Source: Neovahlkampfia damariscottae (taxonomy: Eukaryota). From it: 55,304 nt of DNA. Made by a program: the position numbers and the translations under genes. Every line of letters starts with the position of its first letter. The first letter of the stretch is position 1. Location: positions 1 to 55,304 of the forward strand of contig JABLTG010000137.1 in NCBI GenBank assembly GCA_016618085.1, given 5' to 3'. A model generated the notes under the pieces. That model worked only from the letters and a program-made list of their open reading frames with translations. It made no database searches and was not told where the DNA came from. This document shows, one piece after another, positions 23,676 to 36,400 of the stretch.

Positions 23676-25007
23676 TTAAACCTTAATTTCTAGCTCCAAA
23701 TCAAAAATGTTCTTTAAAAGATCTTGTGACACTTTAGTTTCATTCAAATTCAAAAAATCCAATTTCTTCGTGTTTCTGACTAAAAAAGATATTGATTTAT
23801 CAGAAATATTAGAACACTTCAATAATGTTATTTGTTCTAAAGAGTCTTCATTATTTTCTGCAAATATGATCAATCCATCATCTGTAAGGTTTTTGTTTTC
23901 TGAAAGATCAATTTGTTCCAAATTTTTTAATTCTTTGATTCCTTCATCTGTTACACCTGTACATTTTGATAAAAGCAAAATTCTTAAATTTGGTAGCTTT
24001 GATATTTCCAAAACACCTTTATCTGTTAAGTTTGAAATCCAATTCAAGTTTAATACTTCCAACGATTGAATTGACTTTAAAGATAAAATTCCATCATCTG
24101 TTAAATTCAAACACCACCATAGATGAATTACTTTTAAATATTGACATGTTTTTGATATTTGAATTATATTTTGATCTGATATTTCTTTATTACATGAGAG
24201 ATTTAAACTTATTAATTTTGAAAATTTGGGTATAATGAAATTCAATTGATTTTCTTTCAAATTGCAAGACCATAAATCAATTGATTTTAAATGAATCAAT
24301 TTCTTAATTTCTTTGAAATTTTCTTCTTTTAATGAACATTTTCCTAAGTTTAATTTTGTTAAATTCTTCAATGTTGAAAATGGAAATTGAATTTTTCCAG
24401 AATTTTTTAAATTTATTTCTTTAATCTCTAAACATTTTGTTTTAAAATCATTTAAGAAGTTGATTTTTGACAATGTTAATTTCTCAGAAATGCATATTTT
24501 TGATTCAGAATTTTCTAATTTTTTACATGAAATTATTTCCAACTTTTCAAGTTTTTGTGATTGATCTTCAAAATACAGTCGTTTTAAATCTTTCAATAAA
24601 TTTAATCTTAAGTCTACAATAGTTTTTGATATTTTAATTTCCGATAAACCAAGAATATTTGTTAATGAAAGGGATGATAAGCTCTTGGATTGATTTAAAA
24701 TTTCCTTTAACAAATTATTTGAAATAAAAAAGTCATTTAGGTCAAGTCTTCGCAATTCACTCAAAAATATTTTTTCTGTAACATTTTGGACGTACCTTTG
24801 AGAGTCAAAATTTTTTAAATAATTATTTGAGAGATAAAGTGAATTTGGTGTAAATCTTAGATTATACCACTGCTTATTTAAACAGCAAGTTGTTAAAAAA
24901 TCCTCTGTTGGTAACTGAGGCATTAAAAGCTTCGGTAAATCAGCATTCAAAAATTCTGTTTTTTCTTTATTCTTTTTTGAGTTAATCTGTGAATTCATCT
25001 TTATCAT
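23676..25007 (-). CDS. Leucine-rich repeat protein (cysteine-containing, FBXL/AMN1-type)
   Basis: Repeated LxxLxLxxCxxLTDxG units. Confidence 0.85.
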   Translation of the reverse strand: MIKMNSQINSKKNKEKTEFLNADLPKLLMPQLPTEDFLTTCCLNKQWYNLRFTPNSLYLSNNYLKNFDSQRYVQNVTEKIFLSELRRLDLNDFFISNNLLKEILNQSKSLSSLSLTNILGLSEIKISKTIVDLRLNLLKDLKRLYFEDQSQKLEKLEIISCKKLENSESKICISEKLTLSKINFLNDFKTKCLEIKEINLKNSGKIQFPFSTLKNLTKLNLGKCSLKEENFKEIKKLIHLKSIDLWSCNLKENQLNFIIPKFSKLISLNLSCNKEISDQNIIQISKTCQYLKVIHLWWCLNLTDDGILSLKSIQSLEVLNLNWISNLTDKGVLEISKLPNLRILLLSKCTGVTDEGIKELKNLEQIDLSENKNLTDDGLIIFAENNEDSLEQITLLKCSNISDKSISFLVRNTKKLDFLNLNETKVSQDLLKNIFDLELEIKV

Positions 25008-25497
25008 TATTTGAAGACAATTGAATCACCAAAAAGTACAAGTATGAAAATTTTGGGTGATTGGTCAATAGACAAAAGGTAATTTTTGCCTCACTTTACA
25101 GTAACGAGGAAAGTTTCTCAGACATATTGATAAACGACAAAACAAAAATACTCACAAAACTGTTCTTGGTGCTCTAAGTGAAGGCTTGTTCGTCAGTGAG
25201 TCATCTTCTAATTGAATAATTTTGAGTTTCCTTCTTTCGTTTTAGTAGTGGCATAAAATACATGTCTCACAAAAAAAACTTAACATTGAAATTACTGTTA
25301 TTTCTAGTTCATTGCAACCGCACCATAATTTTGAGATTAAGTCATTTTGAATTTGCAAGGTCATTGGTGGAAGTATAAATTCTTCTCTTTAACCAGAAAA
25401 CTGTTTTAATTCAAAAAAAAAAGCAATCTCGTTTTTTCTAATAAGTTACCCGTTCAAAATCGACCAATCAAATCACTTTTGGAACAAAAATTAGAAA

Positions 25498-26398
25498 ATG
25501 TCTTGGTTTGGAGGTGGAAAAAGGTAAAGACAACAAATAACTGAAATCAAAGTGAAACTGTTGAAGTAGATGATCCTGAAAAGTACAAAGTTGTCAATCC
25601 ATTGACAACTCTTACAGACGAACAAAAAGACAAAATTGCAAAACTTAGAGAAATTACAAAAAAATGGGATTGTAAAGAAAAGGAACAAAAATTTTTAGAT
25701 GATATGTGTTTATTCAGATTTCTTTCTGGACTCAAATGGGATTTAGATGTTACTGAAAAACAATTAAAAGAAACTATTGACTGGAGAGTTCAATATAACC
25801 CAGAAGGTGTTACAATTGATGAAGAATTAGAACCATTAGCAAAACAAGGTCATATGTTTCATTGTGGTTTTGACAAATATTCACGTCCAATTGTTTACTT
25901 TATCATGGGTAAAGATAAACTTGAAAACGATGAAAAAAATCAACTTTTAAAATTCAAATATCTCGTTTATGTAATGGAAAATGTTGTTAAAGTTATGCCA
26001 GAAGGTATCTACAAAGTATGAAAAAAAAAAAAAAAAAGTTAACTTATTTCTGAATGAAGGTTACATGGGTTATTGATTTAAAAGATTCAAATTTAAGTTT
26101 ATCTGTTATTAAACAAGTTGCTGGAATGTTTTCAAAATTAGGTGATTACTACACTGAAAGATTAGCAATGTGTCTTGTTACTAATTATTCATGGAGTATT
26201 GGTGTAATTTGGGCATGTGTTAGTGCATTTTTAGCACCTGAAACAGTTGCTAAATATAAAATGATTAAAGGTTCCAAAGATGATGTTTTAAAACAATTCA
26301 AACCTGTCATTGATGAACAAGAACTTATTCAAGAATTTTATGGAAAGAAAGATTATAAATTTGATCTTGAAGCTTTAAAAAATTTAAATTCAAATTAA
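25498..26398 (+). CDS. CRAL-TRIO/Sec14-like lipid transfer protein (Pdr16-like)
   Basis: LFRFL....WD.....L..TIDWR, GFDKYSRPI, WVIDL, YYTERL motifs; introns 25524-25552 and ~26016-26059. Confidence 0.88.
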
Positions 26399-26501
26399 AA
26401 AAAAACAAATTTTTTTTTAAAAACGTTTTCATTGTATAATTTTTGACCAATCAATTTTTTCCTTCAATTTTCTCTCTTTGTATATCTCAGTTTCAACAGA
26501 A

Positions 26502-27830
26502 ATGTTTGGAATTTTTGGAAAGAAAGAAAAAGTTAAATTAGATAATGAAGAGATAAAATTTGAGGGTTTTCTTACAAAAAAAGGTGAAAAAGTTCAAAAC
26601 TGGAAAAAAAGATATTTTGTACTGACAGAAAATTATATAAGTTATTATCCAACAGAAAAAAAAAAGTCAAATTTAGGTTTTATTAAATTAGAGGATACTA
26701 CAACTTTAGGTTCTTCAAATGAAAAAAAATCATGTTTTACAGTTATAACTCCAGAAAGAACTTATTTATTATCAGCTGAAACTGATTTATTAATGAATTG
26801 TTGGATTGAAAAAATAAATGAAGTTTTAGGTTTAGATTTGAATGGAGGTTCAAGTTTAAATGGAAACTCACCAAGTCCTATTTCTTCATCAACTAAATCT
26901 CCAAGAGTAAATCAAAACATAAATACAAGTCCAAATCCAAATTCAAATTCAATTTCAAGGAAATCTTTAGGTTCTGCTACAGATAGAAATGGTTTAAATT
27001 TACAAGAAAATGAATCAAATTCGGATAAATCACTTGGTGTTTCGGAAACTCAAAAATCACCCGAGATTAGGAACAAAAGTGTTGATTTGACAAATACACC
27101 TATAAAATTAAATTCACCAAAAAATTCACAAACACCAACTGGTTTAGAAAACGATCAACTTTCAATTGATGATATTGAAATTCAAAGAAAAAATTCAAGA
27201 CAAAGTAGTTATAAAATGACCAATAATATGACTACACTGACTCCAACCGATGAATATTCTATTTTTCAATCTGCACTTCATATTTTTTTGAAAGAAGAAG
27301 ATGATAGAAAACCTGAAGTAACTTTAACCTATTTTTTTTTAATTTTTTTTTTTTTAAAAAAGGAAAAAGCTTATGTACTTTCTTTGTATGAATATTATGA
27401 AAAATTACGACAACATATATTCAATACAGGTTCGAAACCAGAATTTTCTTTGGCTTCAGGTACTTATATACTGTGTAAAGAAGAAGAATTAAGAACTGAA
27501 GAAGAACAAGAATTTTTAGATGTGATGATTGAAAATTATTTTGAAAGTTTACCACCTGAAATTATACCTTTCGATATACAAATAGATGGTGTATTAAGAG
27601 CAAAAGAAATATTTCAAAAACAAAAACATCTCAGGACGAAAGATGAAAAGAATTTCGTCAAAAATCTGATAAAATTTAGAAAAGATATTATAAATATACA
27701 AAGAAAATATGGTTTAAAACCTGAGAATTCGATCATATCATCTGTTATTAGTTTGTCAAAATATGATGAAGAAAAAAACGAAGATGATATGGAATTTTTA
27801 AAAGAAATTGAAAATTTAACAAATAATTGA
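26502..27830 (+). CDS. PH-domain protein
   Basis: EGFLTKKGEKVQNWKKRYFVL...RTYLLSAE....CWI; Ser-rich linker; one in-frame intron near 27318-27362. Confidence 0.85.
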   Translation: MFGIFGKKEKVKLDNEEIKFEGFLTKKGEKVQNWKKRYFVLTENYISYYPTEKKKSNLGFIKLEDTTTLGSSNEKKSCFTVITPERTYLLSAETDLLMNCWIEKINEVLGLDLNGGSSLNGNSPSPISSSTKSPRVNQNINTSPNPNSNSISRKSLGSATDRNGLNLQENESNSDKSLGVSETQKSPEIRNKSVDLTNTPIKLNSPKNSQTPTGLENDQLSIDDIEIQRKNSRQSSYKMTNNMTTLTPTDEYSIFQSALHIFLKEEDDRKPEVTLTYFFLIFFFLKKEKAYVLSLYEYYEKLRQHIFNTGSKPEFSLASGTYILCKEEELRTEEEQEFLDVMIENYFESLPPEIIPFDIQIDGVLRAKEIFQKQKHLRTKDEKNFVKNLIKFRKDIINIQRKYGLKPENSIISSVISLSKYDEEKNEDDMEFLKEIENLTNN

Positions 27831-27930
27831 AACGTAAAATGTATTTAATGTAAATTTTTATTTTGGAAATATATTATTTTTCTTTCCATTTGACCGGATA
27901 AATTCTGATTGGTTTATTGAGTTACAAAAG

Positions 27931-28332
27931 ATGCAAGGAATGAAACAATTTGTTCTGATCTCAATTGGAATATTGATATTACTCTTATCCATTGGAACTT
28001 TAGGATGGTCAACTGTATCTTTGTATTTATCTTTTACCACTCCAAAAGCTGGAAATGAACAAGAACCATCAACAGGAACAGAACTTGCTTCTCTTCCAAC
28101 TTGGATTTTTTTTGTTTCAATTGCTGGATTTATTACAGCTATAGGTTTTATTGGTGCATCAATTTCACCTTCAGTTCCAAATTCACAAAATGAAGAGGAC
28201 AATTTAACTTCGGAAGAAAAAACAGGAGAAGATGTAATTAACAATCAAAATGTATATGAAGATGAAAATGTTAGAGGTAGTGGTGTTGCAGAAGTTGTTC
28301 AATACGATCGTCAAAGTTATCAAGAAGTTTAA
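27931..28332 (+). CDS. Small two-TM membrane protein, unknown function
   Basis: Two hydrophobic segments and an acidic tail; ATTGG box upstream. Confidence 0.6.
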   Translation: MQGMKQFVLISIGILILLLSIGTLGWSTVSLYLSFTTPKAGNEQEPSTGTELASLPTWIFFVSIAGFITAIGFIGASISPSVPNSQNEEDNLTSEEKTGEDVINNQNVYEDENVRGSGVAEVVQYDRQSYQEV

Positions 28333-28464
28333 AATAAACTTTGAATTACTTAATTTGGATTTGATCTGAAATGTATTGATAATTTCAAATTTTTCTGAAA
28401 ATATAATTTTTTGTCTGTTTAATGAATGACCAATCATGTGATTTTTATTTTTATCAAATCAGAA

Positions 28465-29289
28465 ATGAGCACGAAAGAAGATCAAGCTCCAGTTTCATCC
28501 TCTTTACCGATAATAGATGATTATTTTGGTTCTGATGAAACAAATCAAGATGTTTCAACAGTTACAAATGATTCATTAACTGTCTCATCAACCTGTTTTG
28601 AAGAAGAAACCAAAGACTCAGAAAAACAAAAGGATTTGACAAATTCAAGTATTTTTGATGAAAAATCCAACACTGAAAGTCAAATCAAAATTGATCAGGA
28701 GTCAAAAATTAAAGTTGAAGTTGAAAAACCATTTGAGACTTTGATTGACGAAGAGGATTTGATACCTTCAATAGAATCCATTGATAATGTTGAATTAGAA
28801 GAACCTATTGAAGAAAAAGACTTTGTACAAGTTGATGATGAAATTATTCAAGTTGAAGATGAAAATGAACATTTTGTTAGAATTGAAAATGAAATCACAA
28901 AAATACAAGAATTAGAGAATAATTTTCAATCTAAAAAAGATATATCAACTTCAAAAAAAGAATTATTTTCAGAAATTGATGATGAAAAATTTAACGCTTT
29001 GTTGGATGAAACAGTAGAATCAATACCTGAAAAAACAATGGAAGAAATAAAAAGAATATTAGATGAAAAAAAAAATGTAGAATTAGAAATAAAACAACAA
29101 AAAGAAGAAAAAATGAAAACAAAAATTGAACTGACCAATGAAACAAAATCAAAATCAAGTACTTCAAAGAAATTAATCGTTACAACTTCAATTGATTCAC
29201 TTTCAAATGTAAAACCAGTTATAATGGAAGAAACAAATTTTTATTCTTGTTTACTTCCTTGGAGTTCAGATTTTAGTATCATAAAGTAA
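28465..29289 (+). CDS. Acidic low-complexity hypothetical protein
   Basis: Long E/D/K-rich ORF, CCAAT at 28430-28434, C-terminal CLLPW. Confidence 0.6.
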   Translation: MSTKEDQAPVSSSLPIIDDYFGSDETNQDVSTVTNDSLTVSSTCFEEETKDSEKQKDLTNSSIFDEKSNTESQIKIDQESKIKVEVEKPFETLIDEEDLIPSIESIDNVELEEPIEEKDFVQVDDEIIQVEDENEHFVRIENEITKIQELENNFQSKKDISTSKKELFSEIDDEKFNALLDETVESIPEKTMEEIKRILDEKKNVELEIKQQKEEKMKTKIELTNETKSKSSTSKKLIVTTSIDSLSNVKPVIMEETNFYSCLLPWSSDFSIIK

Positions 29290-29357
29290 TCAAATACACT
29301 TATTTAACTAATTTTTCAATCTTAGAAATACTGTCTTTTTTACTTGTATCTCTGTAA

Positions 29358-30332
29358 TTAGTATGGTTTTGGTTGAACAAATGTCCAATTAAATTTTTGA
29401 AAATGTATTTTATCAATAATTTTAGCTCTTTTTGAGTTTGTATAAACATGTCTCCATCCACATTGCCATGAACTTTTTTTTTGTTTTCTTCTATAAGTTG
29501 ATGTATCATAACCAATATGAAAAAAATAAAGAGAAGGAGAAATGTAAAAATGATGTTTACATTTTTTACATAAAGTACCATCTAAACATAATTGAATTTG
29601 TATATCATGAGCATGAATATAAATTGGATTTAAAAAGAGTTCTTTTTTTAATCTGACCAATGAATTTTGAATATTAAAGATGATACCTGAACCACCCATT
29701 CCTTGTTTGATGAAGTTAGAAAATGATTTTAATTTACCTGTGAATAGTCCACATGACTTTTTATCAATTGATTCAATATGACAAAGTGAAAGTAGTATAT
29801 TTTGTAGTTGATTTTTACAAATTGGAAAGTCGTCTTCTAATAAAAGTAGATATTTATAATTCATATCAACTTCACGTAAAATAGATAATACATCATTTCT
29901 TTGTTGTTCAATGATCGAATAGAATTCTTGGTGTGCTTTTTCAATGAATTCAATTTGAATAGTGGATTTTTTTAATTCAGTTTTCAATTTATAAAAGTTT
30001 TGATGGATATTACCAAAATGATTGACAATTTGAATTTTAAACTTTTGTTTTAATTTTTTTTCTTTTTTTTTTACTTTTTTTTGAATTTTTTTTGGAAGTT
30101 TTGAAATTTCTGATAAAATAGAGGTTGTGGTTTGATATAAATGATTGTTTTTTTTTGGTCTTGGTGCAGTTAATATTGAAATTGTCATGAACTTTTCTTG
30201 TGTTAAAATGAATTTCTCCGAGTTGCATTTGATTTTTTTGAGTTTTATTTTTTCTATTAATGACATTATAATTAATGAAAAAATTAAAACAAATAACTTT
30301 TTGTTCATAAATTTTTTCAACTGCTTCATCAT
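29358..30332 (-). CDS. Type II membrane GT-A glycosyltransferase (GT54/MGAT4-like)
   Basis: N-terminal anchor, ILTAPRP, LLLEDDFPIC, GGSGIIF, FHIG..ST, WQCGWRH; probably contains in-frame introns. Confidence 0.65.
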   Translation of the reverse strand: MMKQLKKFMNKKLFVLIFSLIIMSLIEKIKLKKIKCNSEKFILTQEKFMTISILTAPRPKKNNHLYQTTTSILSEISKLPKKIQKKVKKKEKKLKQKFKIQIVNHFGNIHQNFYKLKTELKKSTIQIEFIEKAHQEFYSIIEQQRNDVLSILREVDMNYKYLLLLEDDFPICKNQLQNILLSLCHIESIDKKSCGLFTGKLKSFSNFIKQGMGGSGIIFNIQNSLVRLKKELFLNPIYIHAHDIQIQLCLDGTLCKKCKHHFYISPSLYFFHIGYDTSTYRRKQKKSSWQCGWRHVYTNSKRAKIIDKIHFQKFNWTFVQPKPY

Positions 30333-30531
30333 GTTTGTTTCATTGGATAATATTTAATTGACCAATTAACCAACGCCAACAAAAAAGAAAATAACAAAAT
30401 AGTTCTTTTCTAACGTTGAGTACCTTCAAATTAACGAATATATTTTTCGGAGAATTTATTAAATTAAATTTTTTTAAATAAATTTTAATTGGCTCTTTCT
30501 TCCTCAATCAAGTCACTTACAAATAAAACAA

Positions 30532-31329
30532 ATGACTGAGGATGTTGATTACCGTGAACTTGTAGTTGAATTAAGACAAAAATCAGAAAATAAAACCTGT
30601 GCAGATTGTGGTGGTTCAGATGCAAAATGGACAAGTACAAACTTAGGTATTTTTCTCTGCCCTGATTGTTCAGGTGTCCACAGAAATCTTGGTACTCATA
30701 TCACCAAAGTAAGAAGTACCATTTTAGTTTGATTCAAAATATTCCTTTTCTAAAAATTCAAAAAAAGGATCAATGGGACAAAACTTTATATGAAGGAATG
30801 CTTAAAGGAAATTTATTAAATGACGAATATGAAAAATACATTTTTCCACATGAAAAACCAAATCCAAGTGATCCACAGTAAAAAAAAAAGAAAAAAAAAA
30901 TTTAACATGTTAAAGAACTTTGAAAGGAAAGTTTGCCAACGAAAAATATGTAAACAAAACATATACAAAAGAACGTAAATTTGATAAAAGTTTTGGTGAA
31001 AAAAAAGGTTTTTTGACAAAAAGAGGAAGTCATTGGAAAACTTGGAAAAAGAGATTGTAAGAACAAAACCTGTCATTCATTTTAAATTTTTTGTGAAAAG
31101 TTTTATTTTGGAAAATGGAAAATTAAAATATTTTAAATCTGAAAAAGATAAAAAGGAAGCTGGATTTTTGGTGATTGATGATAAATCGACAGTTGAAATT
31201 ATAGAAGAATCAGATTATAAAAATACTTTTAAAATTACAACAGGAAATAGAGTTTTAGATGTTTATGCAGAATCAGAATCAGACATGGTTCAATGGATTT
31301 TTGCACTAAGAGCAAATATTCTTCATTAA
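30532..31329 (+). CDS. ArfGAP with PH domain (ADAP/centaurin-alpha-like)
   Basis: CADCG...[30 protein letters not shown], then a PH domain ([12 protein letters not shown]...WIFAL); several short introns. Confidence 0.9.
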
Positions 31330-31372
31330 ACATTTGTATAAAAAAACTAAAAAAATTTTAATGTTCAAAATG

Positions 31373-32184
31373 TTAAATATGATTCTTTTCTATGAAATCT
31401 AAAACTTCTGATAATACAGAGGTAATTTTATCATTTGTGTGATTGAAAACTTGAGTTTCTAAAATTTTTGGTAATTTGACTAAAAATCGAAGTAAATGTT
31501 CAACACCATAAAATTCTAATGGATTCAGTTCATTTTTTTCAACATTTTCTGTGAATTGTATTCTTTCATTTTTATACAAAAAATTCTTTGGTGCAAGAAC
31601 TGAAAAATATTTCTTCATTCCATCAATAACAATTTTAAAAAAATCAAGTTGTTTATGATTCTTCTTTTTTGTTAAAAAATTACTAAAAATTGTATTCACA
31701 GTAACTTCATTAGGTAAACTATACAACTAAAAATTTTAAAAAAAATATTCAAACTTTTCCTTCTTGTTGAATGAAACTTCTATCTCTCCTCAAAACTTTT
31801 TTTATTTTTTCAGAGACAAAATTTAAATTTGTCAAATAATCTGGATCATCTTCTGTTTTTGTTTTTCTTCTGGTATCAACAATTTTTGTATTTCCAAATC
31901 CTTTTTTTGATAAACGATCAGATGTTACCCATTCCTAAATAAATTTCACACACGTTAAAAAAATGTTTTTTTTTTACGTCATATCTTTTATTATGACCAT
32001 CATAATGAACAAAATATAATGTATTTGATCCTTCTTTTTTGACTTCTAGAATCTAAAAGTTACGTTAATTTTTTTTTTTTTACTTTTGCTTGGACTGTTT
32101 CATTTGATTTACCCAAAGAAAATACCTTTAATTTAATATAACAAAGGGTTTTACAAGTTCATCAACTTGATACTCCTCTTCCAT
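31373..32184 (-). CDS. MRG15/Eaf3-like chromo-barrel plus MRG domain protein
   Basis: YFVHYDGHNKRYD..WVT in the upstream exons and FLYKNERIQF, YGVEHLLRFLVKLP MRG motifs. Confidence 0.85.
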
Positions 32185-32234
32185 TTTGTTAATTTAAAAA
32201 AACAGAAATTTATTGGTCAATTCAATCAACAAAT

Positions 32235-33289
32235 TTATTTTTTTAAAAATTTTAACAATATTTTTCCTGTTGCTTTTCTACCCACTAATTCATTATAAGC
32301 CTGTCCAACATCTTTATAATTAAATTCTTTATGAATTTTTAAATGTAATTTTCCGTCTTTGATGTAATTGAATAAATCATTTGATCTCTGTTGAAATTCA
32401 TTTCTTGATTGTACATAATCTTTCAAAGAAGGTCTTGTCAAAAATAATGAACCAAAACGAGTTAATTCCAATGGATCTATTGGTGGAACAGCACCTGAAG
32501 CATTTCCAAATAATACCAACATTCCTCTTTTATCTAAACTTCTCATACTTTTTTCATAAGTTGTTTTTCCAACACCATCATAAACAACATTGACTCCTAA
32601 AAAAAATTAAATTTTTGTATTTTTTTAATAAACCTTTTGGAAGTAATTTTTTTAATTCAACTTCAAAATCAACTTCTTTGTAAAGAATTACATCATCACA
32701 TCCAAGATTTTTTGCAATTTTTTGTTTCTCTTGAGAACCAACAGTTCCAATAACTCTTGCTCCTTTTATTTTTGCTAATTGAGATACTATTGAACCTGTA
32801 CCACCAGCAGCTGCTTGTACTAAAACATTATCATCTTTTTTTATTGGAAAGGTTGAATGAGTAAGATAATGAGCAGTTAATCCTTGAGTCATACAAGCAC
32901 ATGAAATATCTAAAGGAATTTCATCAGGTACTTTAACAATATTTGAGTTTTCGTTTAATGTGATATACTCAGAAAAAGCTCCTCCAGAAATGAAATAAGC
33001 AACTCTGTCTCCAACTTTAAAATTTTTTACATCTTCTCCAATTTCTTCAATGACACCAGAACCATCAACACCTAATGTAAAAGGTAATGAAACTTTGTAT
33101 AGACCACTTTTTTTGAATAAATTAGTTGATTTTGTACTTGTACCTTTGATGGTATGTGTCTATATAATTCAAACCACCATAATGGTTTTTTATGAGTACA
33201 GAATTTTTATCTGGCTTTGGTATATCTTTAATTCCAACAATTATATTTTCTTCGTCAGTTGTTTGTTTTTCAATGTAAATTGCTTCCAT
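32235..33289 (-). CDS. NADPH:quinone oxidoreductase (zeta-crystallin/Qor family)
   Basis: GLNYIDTY, QGLTAHYL, VLVQAAAGGTG, VYDGVGKTT, FGNASG, GSLFLTRPSL, TGKILL. Confidence 0.93.
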
Positions 33290-33422
33290 TTTTCTATTGG
33301 TTTGTATCTCTCAACCAATGGGTATTTATCAATTCCGAACAAGAATACAAAACTGTCAAACCTGAGCCAATTGCATCCCAACAACTCCGAGACACAAAAA
33401 TCATGAATATTTATTAATTCAT

Positions 33423-36400
33423 TTAAATGAACATTGCATATTGATCAATTTCAAGTACACTTTTGTTTTCAACATTTCCTCCAACCATTGGAAGTTTATG
33501 AGCATGCATATATTTTAAAATTTTAAGCTTCACTCTTTCTTTTTCTAATGAATCAAGATTCTTGAATAATTCAGCAATGAATTTGATTTTAGTTTCAAAG
33601 TTGAAATCTTCAACATCCAAAAATTGAATTGATTGAAGAATTTCTTGATTGAAACCAATTTTTTGTGTAAGTGTCTTACAAAATACATTCACAAATTTTG
33701 TTGTGTTTTTATTTGAGAAATATTGAATTTCAAAATCAGATTTTCTAAACAGATGATTAAAATGATTCACTAATTCTTACCCAGCTTTAGATTGAAGATT
33801 GAATACATAAGATATCATTTTGACAGTTAGACATCTCATTTGTAAGATTCTTTGTTGAATCGTCATGTTTTCATTGAAACTTTGAGAAGGGAAATTTTCT
33901 TCATCTTCATCATGAAATCTATATGCTACTAAATAAGCAAATGATTCTGTGTATTCATCACTCTAATAATAGAAATGATTAAAAAATATGAATTAACTTA
34001 CAAATTGTGGTTGTCTTGAAAAAAATACAATAACTTCAACACATGCCTTAATATAATGTGGAGATGTTGATGTACCAATGGATCTGACAATTTGTGATAT
34101 TAAACCATGCTTTACGAAGTAATTCATCATTAAGGTTTTTTTACATAATCTAGCTGATAATCTCATCACTAAAATTTGAATTTCTGGATAATCAAAAAGT
34201 TCAGAAAAATAATGTGCTAAAGTTAAAGCAAGATTTTCATCATATAAATACAAAAATAAACTTTCTGATTTTCCTAAATTTAAAAGTGTTTTCAAGAGAT
34301 TAATGAGGACAGTTTGATAAGCATCCTTTCCTTGATTTTGTTTGATTCCTTCACATGCTTGATTTGAAATGTCAATCATTGTTGAAATTGCTATTTTTCC
34401 AGAATTTTCAAACCAAGAATGAAAAATTGACATTTGTTTATGACAATGTTCACTTGAGAATTTTCTTGTGATCAAATCAAAAAATTTGAGAATATGATTG
34501 ATAACAATAAAATGATCTTCAACAGATCTCAAATATTTCTTCTTTTCTTTTTCATCATCTTGAAATAAAAAGAGATTATTTTCTTCAAATTTTAAGGATT
34601 GTGTATAATTTTGTAATAAAATGGAGAGATAATCCATCACACCAGATTGAACAAAGTACATCCAAGATTCAATTGAAAATTGAAAGATTTGTTCAAAAAC
34701 TGAAATAATTTTTGAGACTGCATGTGTGTTCAATATCTTTGTTGCTGAAAATGATCCAATATTAAGATATAGTTTAGTTAATTTGATTTCACTTAAAAAG
34801 AAATTCTTTGATAATTCCAAGAACTTTTGGGTATAGCTCAATGAAAATAAAGTAAAATCTTGTTTGATCACAAATGAGTAGGTTTCTATTTGACTGATAA
34901 ATTCAAATAACCAGAACACTTCTGATTTTGGTGTTTCATATTTTATTTCTTCATAAGGTTCTTCGTCATCTTCTTCTTCTCTATCAAGTTCAATACAAGG
35001 AGTACTTTCTACAAGTGTAATATTTTCTGGATTTTGAAAATCTTGATTCATTTTTGAAATTCTTTCTTTCTTTGAAGTACTAAGTTTTGAATCAGTTCTT
35101 TCAACTAAAACTTTTGGAACATCTTCCCTTTCGATTAGTTGAATTTTTTTGGTTGACATATTTTCTTTATCAGCAAATATACTACTTGAGCTGTCAATTG
35201 TTCCAACTTTGAGTTCAGGTGTTGTTGATGGTGGTTTTGGTTTCATATCTTCTTCATTTAAACTACCAATACTTTGTTGATTTTCAAGTAAATTTGATTC
35301 TTCATTTTCTTTATCAATTGAATTTTGCATTTTCTTTTGGTGTTCACGAAATGAACTTTTTGCGCTTTCAATTGATTGAACATAATTTGCAAATAAATCA
35401 CTTTCAGAATCAAGAAATTTTTCAAATAAGCTTTTTGGACTTTGAAATTTTTCTTGAACAAATAAAGATTGTCTGTCGTCTTGATTTCTTGTTTTATTTC
35501 CACTGACAGGTTTAAAATTACGAATTGATTGACGTCTTGGTGAAACCAAACTGAAATTCAAAGATTTTAAATATTGAACGCCCAACAAATTAACTTGATC
35601 TTTCACATTTTCTGAGGCATTGATAAAAGAAATAATGTAATCATTTTCTCCTGAAATAAGTGATTTGAAATCATCAAGATCATTATAATATCTAAAGAAA
35701 TAATCTGTATGTTTCACATTTTGCTTCAAGGTTGATTCAACAAATTTCCAATATCTTTGTTTTTGATGAACCAAAGGTAAATTATAATGAACAGAATTCA
35801 TTGAAAATGGATAATTTAATTTAAAACCTTCTTCTTTAATTTTCAAAATTGAATCATTTGGAAAGTAATTTGTGAGAGATTCTTTGATTACATTTTCTTT
35901 GACAAAAGTTTCATTTGTTGAATAAACTGAAAAAACATCATGATTGTCCCTCTGAAATGAATCTTTAAAAAGAATGGACTTACATCAACTAAATCAATAA
36001 ATGAAGATAATCTTTCTTTTCTTATCCCTTCAAGGTAAAATTCTTGATTCGAAATATCAAAAATATTTATCTTCCAAAAATCAATTGAAAAATTTACAAA
36101 GAAATCATTCCAGCTGGTATTTGCTTCTTTTGGGTCATTTTTGATGTTCCAAATGTTTGTAAAAGTTAATATTTTTAAATTTTTTTCTTCAAGATCTTCT
36201 GAAACCTTTTCAAGAAATCTATTAACTTTTGAGAGAATAACTTCAAAAATCATGTGATATAATTGATTTTGAAATTCTTGTATGTTCAATTTCCATGAAT
36301 CAAGTTTCACGGCTCTAATACACAATACCCATTCATAGAATTGCTCATCTGTCATATGTAAATATTTTTGAACAGGTCTAAAATTTTCAGATGGATTAAT

